From: an uncultured Sediminibacterium sp.
GTDB taxonomy: Bacteria; Bacteroidota; Bacteroidia; Chitinophagales; Chitinophagaceae
NCBI GenBank assembly: GCA_937911175.1
Contig: CALDSE010000028.1
Span: forward strand, 16,930-80,929
DNA: 64,000 nt
Reading direction: 5' to 3'
This document shows, one piece after another, positions 44,513 through 53,414 of this stretch. The notes beneath the pieces were generated by a model that was not told where the DNA came from, made no database searches, and worked only from the letters and a program-made list of their open reading frames with translations. The translations under genes and the position numbers were made by a program. Each line of letters begins with the position of its first letter. The stretch's first letter is position 1.

Positions 44513-45602
44513 TAATAATATGAATCACTAATTCTGTAAAACTTTGGTTGGCATAACGTAAAATGGCACCAATAGAGGTAAAATTTTCATCTTCACTAAT
44601 ACCACACTGCGCATTTACTTCTAAAACATAGGCTTCGCCTGTTTTATTATCTATACGTACGTCTACTCTTGTATAACCAGTTCCATTACAAGCGACATAG
44701 GCATCCCAAGAAACTTTTTGAACAGCCATTTGAATAGATTCATCCCCTAATTGGTATTGATAAAAATTTTCATCTTCTGGCATAGGGGTTTCTTCTTCAT
44801 AAATTTCCCATAATCTATCAAAGGATAAAAACTTTTCTTTTTCAGGAAGGGAGGCATGAAAGACTCTTTCTACCGGAGGGTATATCTTTGCATACTCAGG
44901 ATGGGTATGGCTTCCCACTATCATCACTGTATATTCAGGGCCTTCTACAAAGGACTCTGCCACAATACCATCTGAAGATAAATTCCATCCTCTGTATCCT
45001 TCAAACATTTTTGATAATTGTGTTTCTAATTCATGTTCTGTCTCTACTACATTTTTCACACCCACACCAAGGCTACCACCAGAGACAGCAGGCTTTACAA
45101 TTAAAGGGCTACCTAATTTTTTAATAATTTCTTTTGCATTAATATTATTATCTCTAATAGCTTCCCATTTCGGTGTGGCCACGCCTGCTAAATCAAAGGC
45201 TTTTTTCATGGGAATTTTAGAAGTAGTGATATCGTAGAAATAATCATTGGCACCTGTATACACTAATTGTTTTGCATCTAATGCTTTAATAACGGAAACA
45301 CCGGGGGCTCCATTAATTTCATCTCCGTCACATAAATTTAATACTACTGGAAAATGAATTCCTTTTTCTCTTTCATGTGCAATTTCTTGCACAATCATTT
45401 TATAATTTTCTAAAGTAACGGGCTGCCATTTCCAAGGAAGGTCTAGTTGTTCAAATACGCGCGTATATTCTTCTATGCTTTGACTAAAATCATAATAGTA
45501 TGCTAAGTTCGGATCTGGATTATCCAAGGCGGGAGCTAAGACCCAAACTTTCAAATGTCCTACTGGAACAAAAGGGTAAAATAAGTTACGAATGTTTGTC
45601 AA
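44484..45602 (-). CDS. Ddl-like ATP-grasp ligase (paralogue of the N-terminal part of the downstream gene)
   Basis: Carries LIVKPAVSGGSLGV, ESFVEGPEYTV and YTRVDVRIDNKTGEAYVLEVNAQCG. TTG start at 45602; an in-frame stop 18 nt upstream excludes a longer ORF. Confidence 0.75.
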   Translation of the reverse strand: MTNIRNLFYPFVPVGHLKVWVLAPALDNPDPNLAYYYDFSQSIEEYTRVFEQLDLPWKWQPVTLENYKMIVQEIAHEREKGIHFPVVLNLCDGDEINGAPGVSVIKALDAKQLVYTGANDYFYDITTSKIPMKKAFDLAGVATPKWEAIRDNNINAKEIIKKLGSPLIVKPAVSGGSLGVGVKNVVETEHELETQLSKMFEGYRGWNLSSDGIVAESFVEGPEYTVMIVGSHTHPEYAKIYPPVERVFHASLPEKEKFLSFDRLWEIYEEETPMPEDENFYQYQLGDESIQMAVQKVSWDAYVACNGTGYTRVDVRIDNKTGEAYVLEVNAQCGISEDENFTSIGAILRYANQSFTELVIHIINDAFARRKK

Positions 45603-45861
45603 CGCAGTTTTAGAGGGTTAGTATATGTTAGTATAATATTCAATGAAGTTATAAAATATATAATACTAGCAAATTATTATAGGTATTAATTTAATAACTA
45701 CTATAGCCTATAAAAACATCTTACTTCATGCTCATTTCGAAAATACTTCAATGGGATAAATCACAATGCAATTAAAAGCCTTTTGTATAATATAGTTACT
45801 TGTATATCAATATGTTATACAATATTTAGTTAATTGCCATTACATTAAAATTTTATAAAAG

Positions 45862-46581
45862 ATGCAAACTCAAGTAATCATTTGTGATAAACAAATTGTG
45901 TATGCAATGGGATCTAGCTTACTTATCAAAGACAATCCACGGTTAATGGGCTATCATATCATTAAAAGTATAGAGGATTTAACTGGTTATATTGCCTATG
46001 ATAAAACCAAACAGGTCTTACCCATGGTCTTAGTGGTTGATAGTGCCATGTTTCATTTTGGAGATGCATCCACTATGCATCAAATAAAAGAGATTAAAAA
46101 AAGAATGGGCGTAATGGTGGTCTTTAATGAACAAGACGACGCTCATCTATATCAATTAATAGATAATGGCATATCGGTAATAGTGGCACGCAATGTTTCC
46201 AAGCAAGAATGGTCCAAAGCACTAGAAATGGCCAGGCTTCAAAAAATTTATTTCTGTCATAGAATTGCCGATAAGGTATTTAATATGGTAAACCGTATGG
46301 ATAAAATAAAGCTAACAGAGAAAGTACATCAGCTACATACTTATGATAAATATATTTTAGTACGCATTTGCGAAGAGGCTTCTAGCAAACAAATAGCGTA
46401 TGAAGTGGGCCATAGCAAACGCACTATTGAAGGGCACCGTACAAAAATGATGCAACAACTAGAAGTAAAAAATTTAGCAGGCTTGGTGAAACTGGCCTTT
46501 ATGTCAAAACTATACGATCATTATTTAGAGAACCCTGGTTTATATGATGTGACTTCATGTGCTAAAACATCTTCTTTATAA
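45862..46581 (+). CDS. LuxR/FixJ-type HTH transcriptional regulator with atypical receiver-like N-domain
   Basis: C-terminal HTH SSKQIAYEVGHSKRTIEGHRTKMMQQLEVKNLAGLV. The N-terminal region is REC-like but lacks the usual DD pair and the conserved T/S. The last 61 nt overlap the convergent acylase gene. Confidence 0.75.
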   Translation: MQTQVIICDKQIVYAMGSSLLIKDNPRLMGYHIIKSIEDLTGYIAYDKTKQVLPMVLVVDSAMFHFGDASTMHQIKEIKKRMGVMVVFNEQDDAHLYQLIDNGISVIVARNVSKQEWSKALEMARLQKIYFCHRIADKVFNMVNRMDKIKLTEKVHQLHTYDKYILVRICEEASSKQIAYEVGHSKRTIEGHRTKMMQQLEVKNLAGLVKLAFMSKLYDHYLENPGLYDVTSCAKTSSL

Positions 46582-48728
46582 AAATGTATGGTTTTAAAAT
46601 CGCCATCAATATATTTTTGGGCCTGGTCGGTAAAATGTTTTGAATTCGCAAAACGACTTTGACCTCCCGTAATAATTGTTTTCGCTTCTAATTTTTTTCC
46701 AAAACTCACAGCCGCAATAAAACTATTACCAGAATAACCATAACGCTTTAAAGTATTATCATATCGTCTGCTCTCAAAAGCAGGCAGGGAGCCCCATTTA
46801 GAAGATGTTTGTGCCACCGCTATACTAGGCGCATTGTCATTAAATTTTTCTCCTGGGTTTACTCTTTGGTATCTATTTAAATCACCCCATTGAATTTCCC
46901 AGTTCCCATAAGTTTTTTCTAATTGATCTAATGACGCATTTAAGAGCGCTAATTTTTTTTCATTCGAAACACTGTTCACCATCTGCTCATATTTTTTTAT
47001 AATTTGAGTAGTGGCTTCTTCTGTCGTGGCCGGGGGAATTTCTTTAGACCAATTGTTGGCCCATTCAATCGCAATAGTAGTAGCCACAGAACTAATGCCC
47101 GCATCCCCATTCCAATTAGCTAAATAATTAATTGCTTTGCTCTCTCTTTCATTTAAACCAATGGTTTTTGTATACGCCATAAAAGAAGGCAGTAGAATAT
47201 CAAAAGCAGATAAATGTTTATTGTATCCCAATTGAATTAATTCCTCTAAGGAAATTTTATCTACTTTACTTAATAAATTAACAGCGTTTATACCGCGTCC
47301 ATTCTCACCATCGGGTGCCATATAATGAGGATAGTCTTTTTCTTTTGGACTATATGCACCAGCCACTGTGAAGGGGGTGGCATTACAATTTTGTAACCAA
47401 CCATTAGCGGGGTTAATACTTTGTACAATTTCATTTAATGCATGCGCGCCTATCCAATTAGTGGCTTTAATAGAACCATCTACAGGCACACTATAATCAT
47501 AATTCGTATTTCTTTTAGGAATAAAATTACCATGCCAGTAAGCAATAGAGCCATCGGCATCGGCGTACACCGTGTTATTACTATTATTACCTAGTAAGGA
47601 TAAGGCTGTTTGATACTCTTTTAAATTAGTAGCCTTGGTTCTGGTCCAACATTCCATTAAGGCATTTAAAGAACGATTATTTTCTTGTAAGCTTAACCAC
47701 TTGCCATTTTTAGATCCCATCACGGGGCCGTGTAATGTGCGATAAGTAAGGAATGATTTTGTTTTTATTTGACCTTCCTCTAAATACTGAATAGGAATAT
47801 TTCTTTCTTTAATGGGTTGAAGACCTTGTTCATAATGCGATACCCAGCCTGTTTTATTTTTAGCTACTTTTTCTTCATACACATCGGCTACATCGGCATA
47901 GCCACTGGTATGCATAAAACCTAGATGCTCATTGAAGCCTTGATAAATAAACATTTGCCCCCAAGTAACGGCTCCATATACATTTAAGCCTTCTTCACTC
48001 ACCATATGCATTTCTGATCTAAAATAAAAAGGCACATGCGGATTAATATATAACATTGCATTTCCATTTTTACTATGCTGAGGTGCTATCGCAAAACCAT
48101 TAGAACCTTTTTGTATTTTTTCTTCTAAGGCATAAGGCTCTTCGGTATTTTGCACCACTAATTTTTCTGCGCCTGGCATTTGTCCGTAAAAAGAAGCCAC
48201 CTGTTCTTTTTTGATGCCACCTGTTTTAGTAGGAGAAACACTTCCGTCTGTCCACATTAAATGATACCAGGGTTTATAATACTGAATGGCTTTTTGTTGT
48301 ACTTCAGGATGTTTGTATAAATAATAATTTAGTCCATCGGCATGTGCTTCTAATAATTTTTTAAACCAAACAGGGCTTTTATTATAATCATTTATGGCAT
48401 CTATACTATCTTGAATAAGGCGCATCATTAAGTCTTCATAAATAGCCGCACTACCTTTTACTTCAGCAGTACGACCTAACATTTCTAAATAGTTCAATTC
48501 TATCTGTCCTACATTCTCTTCGCTTTGTGCATACATTAAACCAAATACAGCGTCAGCGTCAGTTTTTCCATATACATGTGCAATACCCCATTCGTCTCTT
48601 ATAATAGTAATTTGTTTTGCATGTTGTTCCCACCTTGCTATTTCGCTAGCACTATATTTTTGCGCCTTGCTTATTAAAGAGCTAGTTAGTAATATGACTA
48701 TACAACAGATGTAAGGTAGGAGCCTCAT
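46521..48728 (-). CDS. penicillin/cephalosporin/AHL acylase family Ntn-hydrolase (paralogue 3)
   Basis: Has the WGIAHVYG block and the nucleophile site KG-SNGFAIAP. I prefer start 48728 (MRLLPYICCIVILLTSSLISKAQ signal). The track start 48833 runs into the terminator hairpin of the upstream gene, and 48785 is also possible. Confidence 0.8.
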   Translation of the reverse strand: MRLLPYICCIVILLTSSLISKAQKYSASEIARWEQHAKQITIIRDEWGIAHVYGKTDADAVFGLMYAQSEENVGQIELNYLEMLGRTAEVKGSAAIYEDLMMRLIQDSIDAINDYNKSPVWFKKLLEAHADGLNYYLYKHPEVQQKAIQYYKPWYHLMWTDGSVSPTKTGGIKKEQVASFYGQMPGAEKLVVQNTEEPYALEEKIQKGSNGFAIAPQHSKNGNAMLYINPHVPFYFRSEMHMVSEEGLNVYGAVTWGQMFIYQGFNEHLGFMHTSGYADVADVYEEKVAKNKTGWVSHYEQGLQPIKERNIPIQYLEEGQIKTKSFLTYRTLHGPVMGSKNGKWLSLQENNRSLNALMECWTRTKATNLKEYQTALSLLGNNSNNTVYADADGSIAYWHGNFIPKRNTNYDYSVPVDGSIKATNWIGAHALNEIVQSINPANGWLQNCNATPFTVAGAYSPKEKDYPHYMAPDGENGRGINAVNLLSKVDKISLEELIQLGYNKHLSAFDILLPSFMAYTKTIGLNERESKAINYLANWNGDAGISSVATTIAIEWANNWSKEIPPATTEEATTQIIKKYEQMVNSVSNEKKLALLNASLDQLEKTYGNWEIQWGDLNRYQRVNPGEKFNDNAPSIAVAQTSSKWGSLPAFESRRYDNTLKRYGYSGNSFIAAVSFGKKLEAKTIITGGQSRFANSKHFTDQAQKYIDGDFKTIHFYKEDVLAHEVTSYKPGFSK

Positions 48729-48820
48729 TCTACTGTTGGTATTTTTTGTATGCTGAGTACTTTTTGTATAATGCGTATTTTTCATAAAAGCTAATTGATA
48801 TATTGAATTAAATTTAAGCA

Positions 48821-48851
48821 AAAAAAAGCACAAACTTTTGGGGTTTGTGCT
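48821..48851 (-). terminator. intrinsic terminator after the TIM-barrel isomerase gene
   Basis: Stem AGCACAAAC / GTTTGTGCT (48827-48835 / 48843-48851). The minus-strand T-run comes from the plus-strand A-run at 48821-48826. Confidence 0.75.
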
Positions 48852-48870
48852 TTTTGTACAAGGAGGTAGT

Positions 48871-49794
48871 TTAGATACCCCAAGTTTTCATTATTGCTAA
48901 ATCTCTTTTCACACAATCTAATGGTGCTAAGCCTTGATAAGACTCTTGTTCAATGATAAAATGGTGTGCTCCTCCAATTTTTTTAGCAAGTAAGGCAATG
49001 GCTTTAGGATCTACCACGCCTTCCCCTAAAATAGTGCTTTCATAGCCATCATTCATCTCTCCTTTTTCTGCTTTAATTTCATCTTTAACGTGCAATGATT
49101 GGAAACGACCTGGATATTTATTAATCCATTCATCACCCCTTGCTCCTGCGCCATACATATTTCCAAAATCTAATTGGTGTACTACTAAATTAGGATCGGT
49201 ATGTTGTAAGATGAGATCATACATTAAAGTACCATTCAATTTTTCTTTAAATTCAAAATCGTGATTATGGTATCCAAATTTCATACCACTTGCTTTACAC
49301 AATTCACCCGACTTATTGAATGCGTCTATTTGTTGCATTAAACCATCGTAAGTACTTCTTAATTTATTATCCATTGAAGGGCTTATTACATATTCTTGTC
49401 CTACAATAGCCGCATCTTCAACAGTGCGCTTCCAGGCATCGGTAAAATCCTTCTTGGTATTATCCCAATGAATAGTGCCCATCACAGTATGACCACTAGG
49501 CATTTTTAAACCTAGACCCTCCAATACTTTTTTAAATTCTGTAGCTGTCCATCCGTAGAATTTTCTGTTCATATAATTTGCATGTTCAACATATTCAAAT
49601 CCCATTTTGGATAAAGCCGTTAAGGTTTCCATTGGGTTTGTTTTCATCTCTGCACGCACTGAATACAATTGAACACCAATTAAATTTTTACTAGCTACAT
49701 GATTGGTACTAGACCACAAAGCACTTGGTTTTAAACTAGCACCCATAATAGCAAGCGATGCGTTTTGTATAAATTTTCTTCTTGAGTTTTTCAT
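48871..49794 (-). CDS. sugar phosphate isomerase/epimerase (xylose isomerase-like TIM barrel), Tat-exported
   Basis: Twin-arginine signal NSRRKFIQNASLAIMGA. Has the YHNHDFEF and HVKD metal-site blocks. Confidence 0.8.
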   Translation of the reverse strand: MKNSRRKFIQNASLAIMGASLKPSALWSSTNHVASKNLIGVQLYSVRAEMKTNPMETLTALSKMGFEYVEHANYMNRKFYGWTATEFKKVLEGLGLKMPSGHTVMGTIHWDNTKKDFTDAWKRTVEDAAIVGQEYVISPSMDNKLRSTYDGLMQQIDAFNKSGELCKASGMKFGYHNHDFEFKEKLNGTLMYDLILQHTDPNLVVHQLDFGNMYGAGARGDEWINKYPGRFQSLHVKDEIKAEKGEMNDGYESTILGEGVVDPKAIALLAKKIGGAHHFIIEQESYQGLAPLDCVKRDLAIMKTWGI

Positions 49795-49836
49795 AAGAAT
49801 TGTTTTTTAGTATTTAAACTTAACATTAATTTTTGA

Positions 49837-52800
49837 TTAATCTTCTACCTTTGTGTTTTTAATTGGTTTTTTATCTAACCACTCGGAACGGTCTAATTTA
49901 TGTTTACCCGTCTTCACTTCATCTAATGTATTACCATTATATAAGCGACCGTTTTTCATAACTAAATCTATCGAGTTGGTATTGCGTATATTATCCAATG
50001 GGTTTTTATCTAAAATAATTAAATCCGCTAATTTGCCTACTTCTAAACTTCCTAAGTCTTTGTCTAATCCCAATCCAGCAGCGCCTAAAATAGTAGCTGT
50101 TTTCAAAGCATCTATATTACGCATGCCACCAGATTGCATAGACCATAGTTCCCAATGATAACCCAGTCCTTGTAATTGACCATGACTTCCAATACCTGCA
50201 AGTCCTCCTTCTTCTACAATTTTTTTCATACTCTTTGCATGTTTTTGGAATACATGTTCTTCTGGTAAGAACCATGTAGCACGACGACGCGATTTATCGG
50301 CTAACTCTTCATAAGGCGTAAAGTATTGCAGCTTCTCATTGCTATATGGGTTTTCATTTTCGTAATAATAGTTTTCTGCCCATGGCCCACCATAAGAAAC
50401 AAGTAAGGTAGGGGTAACTGCCATTTTAGAATAAGCAATTGTTTTCACTACATCATTGTACAGAGGATAAATAGGAATAGAGTGCTCATGTCCAGGATAG
50501 CCGTCTAATAAATTAGTCATGTTTAATTTGAAATCAAGACCACCTTCAGTGGTGGGCATTAATTGTTGATTTTTTGCAGCTTGTATTACCCATTGTCTGT
50601 GTTTACGATTACCTACTAAATACATTTTAATATACTTTGTATTATAGTATTTGCTGTACTGACTTAATACCGATTCTGCTTGTGCTGAATCTTTTAAGTT
50701 GTAAGCCCAATAACCTACACCAGGTCCTGTTGAATACACTCTTGGTCCTACCATCATACCTGCATCAACCATATCGCTATAAGTTAATACATCGGTAGTG
50801 GCTGTTTGTGGGTCACGTGTTGTAGTCACACCATAGGCAAGGTTGGCTGCATATACCCAAGCCTGTGTTTTATGAATGCCCCAGCTTGGCCACATATGAG
50901 CATGTGTATCTATAAAACCAGGAACAATTGTTTTGCCCGATACATTTACTCTCTCTGTATTACTGGCTACTTTTAAACTACCCGTTTTACCAATGGCTTT
51001 AATTCTATTATTCACAATATAAATATCTCCTCTGCTAATGACTTCATCACCTTTCATTGTAATAATTCTTGCATTGGTTAATAAAATATGTGAGTTAGGC
51101 ATATCTTTTTCATAAAATACTTTCACCCAATTTTCAGTGGCCTTGTATTTAGGATCTTCTTTCTTTTCAGCTTTCTTTGCTATATCTACTTTTTTAGTAC
51201 TGTCTTTAATAGTGGTATCTTTTTTAATAGCGGCTTCTGCTTTTTTAGCCATGGCTAAACTATCATCAAATGCATAAGAAGCGTCTATATCATAAGTAAA
51301 ATGTGCAGCGCCTAAACTATAGTGTACAATTTTACCATTGGCTTCCCAGCTTGGAAACTCGCCGCCCATCTCTGTTAAGAGTTTACTAGGGAAGGCTGCA
51401 CTCTTCGCATCTGCAACAGAAATCTCTACTAATTTACCAGCTTGTGGAATAGTGATATAGTAAATATTATTATTCACTTGTGCAATAGCCGCTTTACCTA
51501 AGGGAGACATTAAAATAGTATTCGCACTTGAAGCAGGATTATTTTCTTTAGCGGCATCTTCATCGTTTTCATCTAAATCTAAAATATCTGCAACAGGCTT
51601 TCCTTTGTGTTGCGGAATGCTACCAAAAGTAGTAATGCCCGTAATTTTTACAATTTCTTTTTCATCTCCACCATCCCATTGAATAGAAGTTAATTTACCA
51701 TATTTATTTAAATAAATACGGTCTTCGCCATTTACAAAATGAGCATTGCCGCGTCCGTTGGCTTTATCAATAACATGAATACTTCCATTATTTAAGTCTA
51801 ACCAACATAGTTCATCTTCATCATCGTTATAAGTAGGGTCTTTTGAGTCTTTAAATTTTTGAACAGAGGTTCTGTTAAATACAAGTCTATTACCTGCTGG
51901 ATTGATGGATAGGCCTTGGTATAAAGCATTTTCTTTAGTAAGTGTTGTCTCAGTGCCTGATGCAAGATCAATACTTCTAATACTTCCCCCTTTTTCAGAC
52001 CAGGTAGCAAAATAAATGGTCTTGCCATTAGCATTCCAAATAGGTTGCGCTTCTGTAAAATTATTTTTAGTTAATTTTTTAGGCGTTCCATTCGGATAGT
52101 CCATTACATATAATTTATTCAATACTGTAAAGGCTAATTTTTTTCCATCCGCTGAAGGAACCGCATCTCTAATTTGAGTGGCTTGTGCAGCACTGGTATC
52201 TTTAATAGGGTATTTGAAAAGTACTTCAGGTCCCATTTCAATAGAGGCATCTACTGTATAGCTAATTTCTTTTTGAGCAGCTGTTTCAATATCAATGCTA
52301 TGAATTTTTCCACCATAAGAAGCTAATAAATTTTTACTATCAGGTGTGAAAGTCATCGTAGGTAATACGCCTAATACCGCAATTGATTCTTGATCATCTC
52401 TTTGCACAGGGTAGGCCAACCATGTTTCTTCACCAGTGTTTAAATTACGTTTTACTAGCCCTGTTTTATCTTCAAATCTTGTTCCGTAGACCATCCACTT
52501 GCCATCTTTAGAAAGTACCGGCGTGAAAGCAGAGCCGTATCTTGAAGCAATAGTACGCGTGGTTCCTTTATCTCTATCGTAAACACCAATGCTATACTGA
52601 GGCAACATGGCATTGTAGTTCCATGCACCCATTCTTGCAGAATAATAAATATATCTTCCATCTGCACTTACTGCAGGATCAATTGTTTTTAAATTTGCTG
52701 GTAAAGAAATTAAAGAAGTACCCGCGCCTCCATTTTTATGCATTAAATACAATTTTGTATTTCTTCTTCCTTTGGTGTACACTATATAATTACCATCGGG

Positions 52801-53256
52801 CGTATACACAGCCCCTGGAAAATTTTGATTTTGATCTTCTGTTAAAGCAATTGTATCTTTTTTAGCAATATCTATATACCATAAATTTTCTGCACCACCT
52901 CTATCAGAAATAAATAAAATTCTTTTTCCATCTGGGCTATAGCTAGGATGATTGTCATAAGCCAATCCCTTTGTAATGGCAGTTGCTTTACCGCCTTCAA
53001 TAGGCATACTATAAATATCTCCCATTAAATCAAACAAAATAGTTTTTCCATCTGGGCTAATAGCTAAAGAAGTCCAAGTGCCTTCGCTTGTTTTCATAGC
53101 AATGGCGCGTGTAGCTTTTAGGGGCATACCTTTATAGCTTGTAAAATTAGTGCTGTCTTTTACAGCATTTGTTTTTGGTTGTGCATAGCTGTTGGTTAAA
53201 CCAAACATCATTAAAAGCATCCAACTCAAAACAGAGGTAATTGTATATTTTCTCAT
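49837..53256 (-). CDS. TolB-like (PD40/WD40-like) beta-propeller repeats fused to C-terminal amidohydrolase domain, secreted
   Basis: 1139 aa with a signal peptide. Repeated SPDGK/SADGK...F propeller blades fill the first roughly 650 aa. The C-terminal amidohydrolase has FIDTHAHMW plus GSHG blocks. Confidence 0.8.
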   Translation of the reverse strand: MRKYTITSVLSWMLLMMFGLTNSYAQPKTNAVKDSTNFTSYKGMPLKATRAIAMKTSEGTWTSLAISPDGKTILFDLMGDIYSMPIEGGKATAITKGLAYDNHPSYSPDGKRILFISDRGGAENLWYIDIAKKDTIALTEDQNQNFPGAVYTPDGNYIVYTKGRRNTKLYLMHKNGGAGTSLISLPANLKTIDPAVSADGRYIYYSARMGAWNYNAMLPQYSIGVYDRDKGTTRTIASRYGSAFTPVLSKDGKWMVYGTRFEDKTGLVKRNLNTGEETWLAYPVQRDDQESIAVLGVLPTMTFTPDSKNLLASYGGKIHSIDIETAAQKEISYTVDASIEMGPEVLFKYPIKDTSAAQATQIRDAVPSADGKKLAFTVLNKLYVMDYPNGTPKKLTKNNFTEAQPIWNANGKTIYFATWSEKGGSIRSIDLASGTETTLTKENALYQGLSINPAGNRLVFNRTSVQKFKDSKDPTYNDDEDELCWLDLNNGSIHVIDKANGRGNAHFVNGEDRIYLNKYGKLTSIQWDGGDEKEIVKITGITTFGSIPQHKGKPVADILDLDENDEDAAKENNPASSANTILMSPLGKAAIAQVNNNIYYITIPQAGKLVEISVADAKSAAFPSKLLTEMGGEFPSWEANGKIVHYSLGAAHFTYDIDASYAFDDSLAMAKKAEAAIKKDTTIKDSTKKVDIAKKAEKKEDPKYKATENWVKVFYEKDMPNSHILLTNARIITMKGDEVISRGDIYIVNNRIKAIGKTGSLKVASNTERVNVSGKTIVPGFIDTHAHMWPSWGIHKTQAWVYAANLAYGVTTTRDPQTATTDVLTYSDMVDAGMMVGPRVYSTGPGVGYWAYNLKDSAQAESVLSQYSKYYNTKYIKMYLVGNRKHRQWVIQAAKNQQLMPTTEGGLDFKLNMTNLLDGYPGHEHSIPIYPLYNDVVKTIAYSKMAVTPTLLVSYGGPWAENYYYENENPYSNEKLQYFTPYEELADKSRRRATWFLPEEHVFQKHAKSMKKIVEEGGLAGIGSHGQLQGLGYHWELWSMQSGGMRNIDALKTATILGAAGLGLDKDLGSLEVGKLADLIILDKNPLDNIRNTNSIDLVMKNGRLYNGNTLDEVKTGKHKLDRSEWLDKKPIKNTKVED

Positions 53257-53414
53257 TGGTAATTTTTTTGAAAGTTAGCTAAATAGGTGAAAAAATGGAA
53301 GCCAAATTTGCCTTTCAATTGCCGTTTATCAATAAATGCCGTTTTTTATATAAAAACCAAGCAAAATGGGCCTAAAATTGGCCTATTTACGAATGTAATC
53401 GTAATTTTACAAAT

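Noticed and set aside
45603-45861. Possible RiPP (graspetide/microviridin-like) precursor peptide gene next to the two ATP-grasp ligases
   Set aside because: I translated both strands of the flanking intergenic regions (45603-45861 and 42964-43033). On the operon strand only 2-5-codon ORFs occur; the longest ORF is a 15-codon plus-strand one (MLISKILQWDKSQCN) with no Thr/Ser/Asp/Glu-rich core. The ligases are Ddl-like rather than RimK/MdnC-like, and no transporter or protease is present.
45862-46581. LuxR-type protein as an AHL (autoinducer) receptor matching the neighbouring acylase
   Set aside because: The N-terminal domain looks like a degenerate response-regulator receiver (beta-alpha repeat with VVDS), not an autoinducer-binding domain. 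The quorum-sensing link is therefore unsupported.
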